Shown: positions 9,748 through 19,636, counted from the stretch's first letter. The stretch: 64,000 bases of DNA from Euryarchaeota archaeon UBA256 (GCA_002494645.1 DACE01000010.1:80559-144558); one strand, 5' to 3'. The notes: generated by a model from the sequence alone, not told the origin. Numbers and translations: made by a program.

Positions 9748-11117
9748 GTATGTACCTAATTTCTGTCGAAGGAGGCGACGGTTCGGGAAAAGGTGAAGCT
9801 GCCCGAATATTGGGTGAATTACTGAGTGAATTCCCTTTCCCGGAAGTCGTGATGACCCATGAGCCCCGACGCCATAGCGAACTGGGAAAGCTTGCGCTTT
9901 CCTCGGTCAAACTTGGAGACAAGACCCCTCTGGAAGAAGCAGGCCTCTTTGCCGCAGACCGTTTGGACCATTCTCACACCATCATCCGGCCACTGCTCGC
10001 ATCAGGAGCAGTGGTCATCTCTGACCGAAACATCCACTCGTCGCTCATCTACCAGGGTGTTGTGGGAGACTTAGGTCTTGAAAATGTAGCCAAAATGAAT
10101 GCTGCAGCGATGATTCCCGACCTTGTATTCTGGATTGACTGCGACCCTGCGAAAGCCATGAAGCGCATAAAGTCTGGAACATTGCGGATGACCAGTCAAA
10201 AGCAGGAATATTTTGAAACTCAAGAAATTCAAACAACCATACGCAAGGGATTTCATGAACTGTTTGGCGAAGGAAGCACCGTCCCCGCCCCATTCAATCA
10301 ATGCCACGTGGTTGGCCCCATCATGAACGAAGGTGGCCTTGACGAATTGCGTAAAGACTTGCGAGCCGAACTCCGCCGGTTCTTCAACCGCAAACCGGCA
10401 CCTCTCAATGTTGACAGGGACGAAGTCGACCGCACCTTACTCAACCGGCTTGTTCATGATGTCAAAAAGCAGCAACGTTTACCGGGTGCACCGCAAGAAA
10501 AAACTGCGATTCACGTCGGGTGGTTAGGTGGGAAATCCCCAGCACAATGGATGGAGGATGCAGAAGAGCATTGGCCGCTGGAGTCCGCTCAAGACCATGA
10601 TGTTCCTACCTCGCCCATGGCCCATTCTTGCTGGTCAATTCTTGGCACACTGTCCCTGATGGTTGGTTCGAGTGAGGTTCCTCGTTTGCATGCCTCTCTT
10701 GGCCCCGTCAGAATGGTGACGCAGCGTCATACACAACGATTGATCAAATGGCTTCTCGCTGAACATTGGATCCACAAACAGCAAAATCATGTGCCCTTTG
10801 CAGATGCTCAACTGTTCAAACTTCGTGATGAACGATTGGGCTTCTCACGGCTTACCTTGGCCATGTGGCCACTTCGCAACGCTCTCGCCTCCTGGCGAAG
10901 AGCAAATCCTGACGCCTCATGGTCCAATGCACTCGAGGCCATCTTTGCTGTTGAAGAAGGAAAAGGACTCTCGTCAACACTGAGAAAAGCAATCCTCGAT
11001 ATCAATCAACGCTTATCCATTCTCACCAGTGGACATGAAGGATGTCCTTTGCCTCAAACAGCAGCAGAATTGATTGTTTGGTGGTCGATGCCTCCGCCGA
11101 ATCATTCCGATTCTTGA
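9744..11117 (+). CDS. tmk: thymidylate kinase fused to a ~250 aa uncharacterised C-terminal domain
   Basis: N-terminus ISVEGGDGSGKGE (Tmk P-loop) and a Tmk-like fold through ~aa 200. The product is 457 aa against ~200 for canonical Tmk. The C-terminal half has no motif I recognise. Confidence 0.65.
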   Translation: MSMYLISVEGGDGSGKGEAARILGELLSEFPFPEVVMTHEPRRHSELGKLALSSVKLGDKTPLEEAGLFAADRLDHSHTIIRPLLASGAVVISDRNIHSSLIYQGVVGDLGLENVAKMNAAAMIPDLVFWIDCDPAKAMKRIKSGTLRMTSQKQEYFETQEIQTTIRKGFHELFGEGSTVPAPFNQCHVVGPIMNEGGLDELRKDLRAELRRFFNRKPAPLNVDRDEVDRTLLNRLVHDVKKQQRLPGAPQEKTAIHVGWLGGKSPAQWMEDAEEHWPLESAQDHDVPTSPMAHSCWSILGTLSLMVGSSEVPRLHASLGPVRMVTQRHTQRLIKWLLAEHWIHKQQNHVPFADAQLFKLRDERLGFSRLTLAMWPLRNALASWRRANPDASWSNALEAIFAVEEGKGLSSTLRKAILDINQRLSILTSGHEGCPLPQTAAELIVWWSMPPPNHSDS

Positions 11118-11899
11118 GTTGCCGGGGTGCTGGCCAATACAAACTTGGCATCACCGGGGAGAAGAACTTCTCCAGCCCCAACAAAAGCGTCTGCTCTTGC
11201 TGCAAACATACCACACATCAAGATTCCAAGACCAAATCCAAACGGCAAGCCCGTGAGAATACGCTTGAGATTATTCGATTCATAACTGGTCAACAACTGG
11301 AGAAAGCCATCAAAAATCAGAGGTAAGCACAGAAGAAGCCCGCATCCAATCCAGAGCAGCGTCCTTCGGTTGTTTTTGTAGGTCGACTGAAGCATGGACT
11401 CCGGGAGGACCGAGAGGCAAGTATCACGAACTGTCCAACGGTTCCATCCCCGTTGAGTGAACATGAGCCCACCGAAGAGCATCCCTGCGAAAATTCCCAA
11501 ATCTCTCGTGCAGACCGGAAGTTGATTGCCGTTTAACTCCCACGAGCGTTCAGACTTTTGGTGACAGTTCAAGTCGCCAAAGGCGTATGCAAAAGCTGCA
11601 TAGGGGTTCATTTCACTCCAATGATATCCTTCGTTCACAAGATCTCCGTCTTGATTTTGAGTAATGGCTTCGTTCCCAGATGAACCCCAGCCTTCTTCGT
11701 CATAGAAATCAAAGGCATTTGCTCGCCCTTCCACATTGGACACTGTCCCTGGCTCTAGAGTTAAGGGTGCTAGGAAAAAAGAAAGGAAAATGAAACCACA
11801 AACCCCGAGAATCCAACGGCCAATCTTTTTTTCACGCTCACGGTGGGCAAGGCCATTGCGCTCCATGACCAGCCCAAGCGAAATAAGCGTATCAGTCAT
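11102..11899 (-). CDS. polytopic membrane protein (DUF2085-like; conserved CHQ motif)
   Basis: Several TM helices; the GDLNCHQKSERS ... LPVCTRDLG pattern resembles DUF2085 membrane proteins. Confidence 0.4.
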   Translation of the reverse strand: MTDTLISLGLVMERNGLAHREREKKIGRWILGVCGFIFLSFFLAPLTLEPGTVSNVEGRANAFDFYDEEGWGSSGNEAITQNQDGDLVNEGYHWSEMNPYAAFAYAFGDLNCHQKSERSWELNGNQLPVCTRDLGIFAGMLFGGLMFTQRGWNRWTVRDTCLSVLPESMLQSTYKNNRRTLLWIGCGLLLCLPLIFDGFLQLLTSYESNNLKRILTGLPFGFGLGILMCGMFAARADAFVGAGEVLLPGDAKFVLASTPATQESE

Positions 11900-11907
11900 T
11901 CCCTACC

Positions 11908-12579
11908 ATGAGCAAGTCTTCAATGGTCGGCCAACGTAGCCGCTCCATGGCCGAGCCACTCACCCCGAGGATTGGGTTGTTAACCGGCCTCCAGGCAGGC
12001 GCTTTCATCGGCCTCTTCCTTGGATTTTCACTCGCCGTCGTTTCTGCCTTAACCAATCCCGATGCCCTCAAGCGTTTGGTCCAGTTGATGTGCATCACAC
12101 CCCTCGCTTGCGCCGTTCTCTTGGGTCCACTTCTCGGACTTCGTCGCGCCCCGATGGTCAGCACAGAAGACCCCTTAGGTGAAGTCAGAAAAACCCTCGA
12201 TGGTTTCAGCGAAGGTCAAGGACGTTGGCGGTCCTTAAGTCACGTGCGAAGCGACGGAAGGACCGTACGTATTGATTTGCACAATTCCAAGCAACCCTTG
12301 GCAATTGTAGCAGCCAGCATTGCCATGACCGACCGATTCCCGATACGATACATCGTCGGACGTGGTGAAACAAGAAGCCGTGAGCCGATGCTGCGTGGCC
12401 AAGTGTTGGCTTTCATTGAACAGCGTGTTGACTTAAATCGAAGACGCCGAACCTCATCATCCATTGAAGTCCTCCCTGCATCCATTATTGAACACATGGA
12501 AGCAACCCATCATATGCATCGCCGCCTCTTCTACCTTTTACCCATCATCCTGTTCTTCGCATGGCTAGAGATGCGCTGA
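11908..12579 (+). CDS. hypothetical membrane protein
   Basis: 223 aa ORF with N- and C-terminal hydrophobic helices and good coding context; no recognised motif. Confidence 0.4.
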   Translation: MSKSSMVGQRSRSMAEPLTPRIGLLTGLQAGAFIGLFLGFSLAVVSALTNPDALKRLVQLMCITPLACAVLLGPLLGLRRAPMVSTEDPLGEVRKTLDGFSEGQGRWRSLSHVRSDGRTVRIDLHNSKQPLAIVAASIAMTDRFPIRYIVGRGETRSREPMLRGQVLAFIEQRVDLNRRRRTSSSIEVLPASIIEHMEATHHMHRRLFYLLPIILFFAWLEMR

Positions 12580-12622
12580 TGGCCGCGCAAGAGGCTATGA
12601 GGGAGGGCTACCTGCCTCATCC

Positions 12623-13615
12623 ATGGCCAACGATATCGGGCGTGCAATGGCCCGATTAAAGCATCGAGATGTACGTACTCGAAGACGAGCCGTTCGTACG
12701 CTTTTTGAGCAAGACGACCCACAATCACTCGAAGCCTTTGAGTTTCTTCTGGATGATGAAGACCCATGGTTCGTTTCAAAGGCACTCGAAGCGTATCGTA
12801 TGTGGAGTCAAACTCAGGGAGCAGACTCCGTTAAAACGCTGCTCAACCATGCTTCTATTGATGTGAGAAGAGTTGGTGCAAACCTCTTGGCCTCTCATGG
12901 CGAAGATGGGGCTGCTATCGCTCTTTCCTGTCTCGATGACCCTGATGGAGTGGTCCAAAAGAAGGCTGCACAAGCCCTTCTCCTTCATCCGTCTGAACAA
13001 GGACTTGAGGCTTTACTCAATCATCAACATGAAAGCATCATCTGTATCGGGATGCGCCATCCCAAGCTCGTGCTTGCTCAAGTTAAACAAGGGCTAACCC
13101 ATGATTCAAAAATGGTTAGAACTGCTGCACTATCGGCGGTCTTCGAGCATCATTTCCCCATCGATTTTGAATTGTTGAAGACATTTTTTGATGAAGACAT
13201 TGAAACAGTGAACATTGTCATTTGGATGGCGCAGGAACGACCTGAACAATTGGATGCCTTCACGCAACAAATCAAACCTCACCATGTACGAGAACTCGCG
13301 ATTTACCTGCGCAAGAATGTACAAGATTCCAACCACACCTTGGTTACTTCACTCGTGGAAGCGGGTGTACTCTCTCCAGTCGCCCGATGGTTGCTGATTC
13401 AAGGTTCAGATGAAGATGAATTACGATGGACGATGATTCAAGATGAACGTCTTGATGTGATTGAACGCTCAAAGTTACTCGAACGACTGATTGGAAGAGC
13501 GGGTGAATCCGACGTCCAGGCACAAGTTGAGGCTTTCATGGAATCAAGCCCCCATCCATTGCTTCTGGTAGCGTGCGAGAACCTATCAACCGCCGCAACT
13601 GAACTTCGCTCATGA
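12623..13615 (+). CDS. HEAT-repeat (PBS-lyase-like) protein
   Basis: Repeated ~30 aa units of the form DxDxxVRxxAxxAL (DEDPWFVSKALEAY, DVRRVGANLLASHG, DPDGVVQKKAAQALLLH). Its stop overlaps the start of the next gene (ATGA). Confidence 0.6.
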   Translation: MANDIGRAMARLKHRDVRTRRRAVRTLFEQDDPQSLEAFEFLLDDEDPWFVSKALEAYRMWSQTQGADSVKTLLNHASIDVRRVGANLLASHGEDGAAIALSCLDDPDGVVQKKAAQALLLHPSEQGLEALLNHQHESIICIGMRHPKLVLAQVKQGLTHDSKMVRTAALSAVFEHHFPIDFELLKTFFDEDIETVNIVIWMAQERPEQLDAFTQQIKPHHVRELAIYLRKNVQDSNHTLVTSLVEAGVLSPVARWLLIQGSDEDELRWTMIQDERLDVIERSKLLERLIGRAGESDVQAQVEAFMESSPHPLLLVACENLSTAATELRS

Positions 13616-15426
13616 GCAGCAAGCATTCGGGCCTCATCTTCACCGCAGATGCAACAAATGGACAGAATCATCATTTGGCCACAGGCCTGCACATTGAGGG
13701 GCCGTTCACCTCCACGCGTCTCATTCTTCGATTTCCTCGATGGGTGCCCGGGTCATATTTCCTAAGGGAACCGATTCAACATATGTTTGATTTTGAGGCC
13801 GTAGATCAAAATGAAAAACAACTTACGTGGAAACGAATTGATGTCGATGGTATTGCAGTCAATGTACCAAAATCCGTGACGTCCTTGCATGTAAAATACA
13901 CCCTTTTCGCCAAGGAATTATCCGTTCGTTCCAATCACTTAGACCCTACACATCTTCACCTGATGCCTCCATTCACGTGGTTTCTTCCGGAGCGAGGGAT
14001 TGACCTCAAACGGTTGAATCAAACCCACGGCGTCGAGATTACTGCCCCTGAGACTTGGACGCCAGCAACGCAATTGGATGCTGTTGAAAACATCGCAAAA
14101 GGTGAGGCACGGCTTTGGAAGTTCACAACACCTAACCGGGATCATTTGCTTGACAGCATCATTGAGGTGAACCCTAACGATGCAATTCGGTATGTAGTGG
14201 ATGGAAGAGTTCACCAGTTGAAATGGTGGGACAGTGGCGGACATCAACCCCATCCAAAGCGACTGCAGGCCTTCGTAGAGGACACCGAACGAATCGTCAA
14301 GGAGCATTTTGCCTTATTCGGGGCACCGGACTGGCCCGATTATACCACCGTACTTCACCTCACAGAGAAAGCACGAGGTGGTCTGGAGCATATGAATTCA
14401 CAAACTTCAATGATGCCACGGCAATGCCTTTTCCCTCACCATGAAGACGAATACAGGGACCTTGTGAGCCTCTTCTCACACGAATACCTCCATCAATGGA
14501 ACGTCAAACGATTACGACCCAAGAATTTTATCGACTATGATCTGCAAAAAGAGACCCATACTGATTTACTTTGGTGGTTCGAAGGAGGCACATCATGGCT
14601 GGGTGACATGCTCTGCGTGCGTTCGGGAGCATGGAGCGAGGAAGATTGGCGTAAGGACTTCGCCCGCAAAATGAAGCGTCACATGCAGAGCAACGGCATG
14701 ACCAGAGAATCCCTCGCAGAGTCAAGTCATGATGCGTGGATACACCTCTATAGAAGCGGACCTTACTCTCGTGAGAGCCAAATATCCTACTATCTTGAAG
14801 GGGAATTGGCCCTCATGTGCCTCGACGTGGAATTACGTCGACGAAGTAAAGGCGAATTTGGGGCTTGCAACCTCATCGCAGAAGTGTGTCGGCGCTTCTC
14901 CTTAGGAAGTGATTCAGCCGAAGGCGTTGGCGTGGATTATACCACGATTCGAGAGACGCTCAAAGAGGCCCCTGGAGGTAGTTCAATGGGCCCCTATCTC
15001 GACCGACTGGTCAAGCATCGCCATGCCCCAAATATCCTTCACGCCCTGAAGTATTTCCGCCTACAATTGGCTCCCGATGGGAAGGATTCCGAGGAAAAGG
15101 CATGGCTGGGAATCAACACACGGGAACAAAACGGTAGCGTCCAAATCACTACGTACCACTCGGATTCACCCTTGCGCCAGCTCACTCAAGTCGGCGACGA
15201 AATACTTGCAATCGATAGCGTGAGAGTCCGGTCCACGTCACATTTGCAAAACTTACTGAAAGGAAGAATCGGCGATTCAGTGACTCTTGAAATGACCCAT
15301 GAGGGCATCTTGCGCGAGATAACCCTCGAATTACCACCCTCACCTCGCCATGGAGTGATGCTCAAAGGCAAAGGCAATGCCCGCTGGGCGGAGTGGATTA
15401 TGAGCCGTCAAACGATGGAAGAGTGA
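13612..15426 (+). CDS. M61-family (glycyl aminopeptidase-like) zinc peptidase with a C-terminal PDZ domain
   Basis: HEYLHQWNVKRLRP...WWFEGGTSWLGD matches the M61 HExxH plus downstream E signature. The C-terminal 100 aa (LGINTREQNGSVQITTYHSDSPLRQLTQVGDEILAIDSVRV) are PDZ-like. Confidence 0.7.
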   Translation: MSSKHSGLIFTADATNGQNHHLATGLHIEGPFTSTRLILRFPRWVPGSYFLREPIQHMFDFEAVDQNEKQLTWKRIDVDGIAVNVPKSVTSLHVKYTLFAKELSVRSNHLDPTHLHLMPPFTWFLPERGIDLKRLNQTHGVEITAPETWTPATQLDAVENIAKGEARLWKFTTPNRDHLLDSIIEVNPNDAIRYVVDGRVHQLKWWDSGGHQPHPKRLQAFVEDTERIVKEHFALFGAPDWPDYTTVLHLTEKARGGLEHMNSQTSMMPRQCLFPHHEDEYRDLVSLFSHEYLHQWNVKRLRPKNFIDYDLQKETHTDLLWWFEGGTSWLGDMLCVRSGAWSEEDWRKDFARKMKRHMQSNGMTRESLAESSHDAWIHLYRSGPYSRESQISYYLEGELALMCLDVELRRRSKGEFGACNLIAEVCRRFSLGSDSAEGVGVDYTTIRETLKEAPGGSSMGPYLDRLVKHRHAPNILHALKYFRLQLAPDGKDSEEKAWLGINTREQNGSVQITTYHSDSPLRQLTQVGDEILAIDSVRVRSTSHLQNLLKGRIGDSVTLEMTHEGILREITLELPPSPRHGVMLKGKGNARWAEWIMSRQTMEE

Positions 15427-15859
15427 GTAATTCCTCAAGAGAAATGAAGATTGGGGGCGTATCATCTGCCATTGTATGGCGGCTGGTCTTTGGTGGAAAT
15501 AATTCATCTGAGAGACTCATCTCAATCACATCTTCTTTGGTCAAACGGTCACGCCCGCACCCTGGCCACACGTCAACAACAATTGAGTCGTTGGCCATGT
15601 AGTCAACACAAATTGCTGGTACACGTTGGAGATCAAGGAGTTGAGCGATTGAAAAGCGGTGATGGCCATCTAAGATGGCTCCAGTTCGCTGGTCTACGAT
15701 GAGAGGTTTGGTATAACCTCCCCAACGGCGGGTCATGTCCAGCAATTTATCGCGATTGCGCGATTTGACTTCTTCGTGAGGCTTGAGCCAAGAAACAGGG
15801 ACGAGTTCGACATCCTCTTCAGACCATTCCATAGAGGGGCCGCAGTAGTATTGTGCCAT
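15398..15859 (-). CDS. ParB/sulfiredoxin-fold domain protein (small, stand-alone)
   Basis: LKPHEEVKSRNRDKLL...GGYTKPLIVDQRTGAILDGHHRFSIAQLL matches the ParB N-terminal / Srx nuclease-like fold (DGxHR motif). Start may be the ATG at 15832 instead. Confidence 0.55.
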   Translation of the reverse strand: MAQYYCGPSMEWSEEDVELVPVSWLKPHEEVKSRNRDKLLDMTRRWGGYTKPLIVDQRTGAILDGHHRFSIAQLLDLQRVPAICVDYMANDSIVVDVWPGCGRDRLTKEDVIEMSLSDELFPPKTSRHTMADDTPPIFISLEELLTLPSFDGS

Positions 15860-15860
15860 A

Positions 15861-17270
15861 ATGCTTTTTCAACCAAAGCGAAACATGTCAACAAGAGGAG
15901 AGCGTATGGAGTTACCCAAACCGTTACGCTTGGCCAAGGAAGCTGACCTGGTTGGTGAGCCCTGTCCGCCAAACCTTTTGCGCTGGCTGGCTACCATTCC
16001 TTCGAGAGTCATTGAAATCCTTGACCTTCTCGCTGAACACAATCATGGTGCTTGGTTGGTGGGTGGTTGCGTGCGTGACGCATGGTTTGGTGACGATGTC
16101 GGTGACATCGATATCTGCAGCACCTGCCCTCCCGAAGAGATGATGAGATTGTTTGGCAGTGATGCTATTCCCACAGGAGTTGATTTTGGAACCGTGACCA
16201 TCAAAGGCGATGGTGAACATTTCGAAGTCACCACACTTCGTAGCGAATCACAATATCGCGATGGGCGACGTCCTGAGCGAGTCGATTGGGGCACCTCTCT
16301 CAAGGAAGACCTCTCACGACGGGATTTCACCATCAATAGCATGGCGGTTGATGTCGCTCGCGGATTGCTCTATGACCCCTACGATGGAAAGGCGGATATG
16401 GAAGCAAGCACCATACGTGCTGTTGGTAATGCGAAACTCCGATGTGAAGAAGACGCTTTGAGAATTCTGCGTGCGTATCGATTCCTTGAGCGCGGCACGG
16501 GTCAACGTTGGAACATGACCGCTGCTCTTGAAGAGGCAATTCGCCTTCACCGTAAGCGATTGGATATGGTTGCAGTTGAACGCCGTTGGAATGAAGTCAG
16601 AAAAATATTGTTGGGGGCTGGAGCCGGTGGGATTCTTCACAAAATGATGGTTGATGGCGTATTGAAGTACATTTTTCCACATTGTCACTTCATCAGCCCG
16701 TTCATTTTTGATGCCCTGGACCATCAGGAATTGAAGGATTTAACAGTTCCCCAGCGGCTTTCGCTCCTTCTGGTTGAATACAAAACAAAAGAAGTATTTG
16801 AAGCGCTTAAATTTTTGAAAACTTCAAGGGATCTCATTCAGAACACAAGCCGTTTCCATGAGAGGTTGTCACACCTCCCCAACACGATGACTGGTGAATT
16901 AAGGGTGTTCCGATATTGCCTCGAAAACGATGCATTAGCACACTTGGCCGTACGCAAGCTGTTGTCCAATACGGAGGTCACCATCCATGGATTACCCCAA
17001 GCGAAGAATGATGACATCGACAATCTCATTGAGATGTGGAACACTCTGCAGGCTCCAAAGGCACCACCGCAATGCTTGGTAGACGGACACTGGATCATGG
17101 CCCGAAGTGGAGTCAGTCAGGGTATTCGCCTGGGCAGGTTGAAGGATTGGCTTCACCGAATTCAAATCGAAAAAGACATTGATGAAAGGTCAAAACTTGA
17201 ACATGAATTATCCCTTCTCCCCTTTAGCCATGGTGACCATGAGCACTGGCCAAAGTTGGAATTCCCATGA
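15861..17270 (+). CDS. cca: class II tRNA nucleotidyltransferase / poly(A) polymerase family (CCA-adding-like)
   Basis: Class II head-domain motifs GGCVRDAWFG..DIDI, RRDFTINSMA and EDALR. The true start may be an internal ATG at 15885 or 15906, because the annotated start abuts the divergent upstream gene. Confidence 0.7.
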   Translation: MLFQPKRNMSTRGERMELPKPLRLAKEADLVGEPCPPNLLRWLATIPSRVIEILDLLAEHNHGAWLVGGCVRDAWFGDDVGDIDICSTCPPEEMMRLFGSDAIPTGVDFGTVTIKGDGEHFEVTTLRSESQYRDGRRPERVDWGTSLKEDLSRRDFTINSMAVDVARGLLYDPYDGKADMEASTIRAVGNAKLRCEEDALRILRAYRFLERGTGQRWNMTAALEEAIRLHRKRLDMVAVERRWNEVRKILLGAGAGGILHKMMVDGVLKYIFPHCHFISPFIFDALDHQELKDLTVPQRLSLLLVEYKTKEVFEALKFLKTSRDLIQNTSRFHERLSHLPNTMTGELRVFRYCLENDALAHLAVRKLLSNTEVTIHGLPQAKNDDIDNLIEMWNTLQAPKAPPQCLVDGHWIMARSGVSQGIRLGRLKDWLHRIQIEKDIDERSKLEHELSLLPFSHGDHEHWPKLEFP

Positions 17271-17293
17271 ATCAATGACGGCATCAAATTGAT

Positions 17294-18373
17294 GTGAGCG
17301 TTGGTCCTGCACCTACCATGAGCGGAACCATCATACTCCCTGAACAGGAAGTCTTTAACGCACGCGTCAGTGCAATTCAGTCGCGGATCACGGCCATCAG
17401 TGGACAAAATAGAATGGCCAAACTTCTCAACGACAATTTCCGTAATTGGCTAGCAAGTTCATCCATGTCACCGCTCAATCTCACGTTGGAGTTGGATAAA
17501 GACAGTAATGGCCTGATTTCAGGAGAGGAGTTTGCGGGGTTGCTCGGTAAAATGACCGGTGAACGCCCACCAGATTGGGTCATTGAATTGGTGTTTTCTT
17601 TCGTAGAGGCGAAGCCCGAAACGGGGATTCCTCTCGCAGACTGGATGGCATTCATGGCGGCAAATGGATTGGAAGTACCCGAGGAATTGTTCAGGAAAAA
17701 GGTAGAAATTACTGGAACCATCCGCACTACTGCGGAAGAATTCGATGTCGAGGATAAGATTTCTGTGACCGTTGAGTTTTCCGACAGGGTCGAAGGATAC
17801 TCCATCAAGGCCACAGAAACTGAAAGCGGCCAAGTTGAAGAATTCTTTACTCCCGTGACAGATATGACCTCGCCTACGGCAGATCAATTCACTCTTGACC
17901 CTGATGAAGTAGGGCGCTATCAAGTCGAACTCATCCATCTTGGTGCTCGCCTTGACATGGTGAACATGAACATCGTTCAACCGGTTGAAGAGGAAATTGA
18001 GGTCGAAGAACCAGAGCCATCTCATTCTACGGAAGAGCCTCAGGAAGATGTGGTGGTGGTGGACGAAGGACTGGCAGGATTCATCACCCATCTGGAAAGC
18101 ACGAAGCTCAAGAGCGAGGCCCGTGCTATCATCAACAAAAGTTCCGCCTACAAAATTGACGGGATGATCAAATCCACTGCGACGACGCTCTTGGGTGATG
18201 GAGCACACAGAAATGGAACGACTCTTGCTTGTGAAATCGGAGAGGGATTTGTTTTGGAAATCATGATGAAAAACGGAGAGCGAGCGTTTGAAGCCGGACA
18301 GTTGACTTCGATTCAAGCAATGCCGCATGATTGGTCTGTGGCAACTCGCAGATTGACGTGTAAGGAACTCTAG
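17294..18373 (+). CDS. acidic EF-hand domain protein
   Basis: Canonical EF-hand loop LDKDSNGLISGEEF (DxDxNGxIxxxE), then an acidic glutamate-rich region; otherwise unassigned. Confidence 0.5.
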   Translation: MSVGPAPTMSGTIILPEQEVFNARVSAIQSRITAISGQNRMAKLLNDNFRNWLASSSMSPLNLTLELDKDSNGLISGEEFAGLLGKMTGERPPDWVIELVFSFVEAKPETGIPLADWMAFMAANGLEVPEELFRKKVEITGTIRTTAEEFDVEDKISVTVEFSDRVEGYSIKATETESGQVEEFFTPVTDMTSPTADQFTLDPDEVGRYQVELIHLGARLDMVNMNIVQPVEEEIEVEEPEPSHSTEEPQEDVVVVDEGLAGFITHLESTKLKSEARAIINKSSAYKIDGMIKSTATTLLGDGAHRNGTTLACEIGEGFVLEIMMKNGERAFEAGQLTSIQAMPHDWSVATRRLTCKEL

Positions 18374-18378
18374 AAAAG

Positions 18379-19629
18379 TTACTTGAGCGCTCGAGCGATA
18401 ACGATGCGCTGAACTTCTTGGGTACCTTCATAGATTTGCGTAATCTTAGCATCTCTAAAGAAACGCTCTACGGGGAATTCCTTCGTGTAGCCATATCCCC
18501 CAAGCACTTGGATGGCGCGCTCAGAAACCCACATCGCCGTATCTCCAGCGAATAATTTGGCCATGCTCGCTTCACGCGAGTGCCGTGGACCATCGGCGTG
18601 GTAGTGCTGTTCCTTTGTCCATGCCGCCTTGTAGACCATCAATCGGGCCGCATCAATCTGTGTGGCCATGTCGGCGAGGTAGGCCATGATCATTTGGTGG
18701 TGGGCGATTGGCTTACCGAAAGCCTCGCGCTCATGAGCATATTTCAAAGCAGATTCATAGGCACCTTGGGCAATACCCAATGCCTGTGCTGCAATACCAA
18801 TTCGACTGTTATCAAGAGCATTCATGGCAATGGGGAAACCGTTGCCCACACCTTTGATGACATTTTCAACGGGCACTTTGCAATCTTTGAGAATGAGCGT
18901 GCAGGTATCGGATGAGCGAATGCCGAGTTTGTCCTCTTTCTTCCCTACAGAATAGCCTTCAAACGCTGCGTCGACGATAAATGCGGTTGTGCCACCATGC
19001 TTCTTGACTCCGTAATCGGGGTGGTCAACATCTTTGGCAAAGAGGACGAGAAGTTGGGCTTGAGCTCCGTTGGTGACCCACATCTTTTCCCCGTTGAGAA
19101 TGTAGTGCGTTCCATCTTCGGAGAGTTTGGCTTTGCAGGACATGGCTGCAGCATCAGTGCCAGCGCCTGCTTCTGAAAGTGAGTATGCCCCTACTTCCCC
19201 TGCTGCAAGTCTTGGGAGGTATGTTTTCTTTTGATGTTCGTCTCCGTGAAGGGCGATTGTCATTGAGCACAAGCCCACGTGAACACAAAACATTACGGCA
19301 AAAGAGGGGTCGACGCGTGCAAGTTCTTCGATGATGATGGCTTCGGAGATATCGTCAATCGGAGATCCCCCGTATGCTTCTGGAATCGTAATACCATGGA
19401 GGCCGTATTCAAGGAAACTTTGCCATTCTTCGCTTGGCGGGATTTGGTTTTGGTCTCGATGTTCAACCGTTGGAGCGAGAACTGTTTCTGCGAAGTCGCG
19501 AACCATCTCTCGAATCATTTCTTGTTCGTCGGTTTCACCAAAATTCACTCGCTCACCATTCCTTCCCACATAGCCGAGTTTCTTAACCCGTTTGTTTGAT
19601 TTGTGAAACACGCCATTCCTCAAGTTCAT
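18379..19629 (-). CDS. acyl-CoA dehydrogenase
   Basis: YGGS...CVHVGLC...YSLSEAGAGTDAAAM...NGEKMWVTNG and the C-terminal ...YEGTQEVQRIVIARAL are hallmark ACAD motifs. Start trimmed to the ATG at 19629; the table ORF extends to 19683, and 19518 is also possible. Confidence 0.8.
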   Translation of the reverse strand: MNLRNGVFHKSNKRVKKLGYVGRNGERVNFGETDEQEMIREMVRDFAETVLAPTVEHRDQNQIPPSEEWQSFLEYGLHGITIPEAYGGSPIDDISEAIIIEELARVDPSFAVMFCVHVGLCSMTIALHGDEHQKKTYLPRLAAGEVGAYSLSEAGAGTDAAAMSCKAKLSEDGTHYILNGEKMWVTNGAQAQLLVLFAKDVDHPDYGVKKHGGTTAFIVDAAFEGYSVGKKEDKLGIRSSDTCTLILKDCKVPVENVIKGVGNGFPIAMNALDNSRIGIAAQALGIAQGAYESALKYAHEREAFGKPIAHHQMIMAYLADMATQIDAARLMVYKAAWTKEQHYHADGPRHSREASMAKLFAGDTAMWVSERAIQVLGGYGYTKEFPVERFFRDAKITQIYEGTQEVQRIVIARALK

Positions 19630-19636
19630 ATACCAC

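Noticed and set aside
17519-18328. 269 aa minus-strand ORF
   Set aside because: Antisense to the EF-hand protein gene; no motifs; typical GC-rich shadow ORF.
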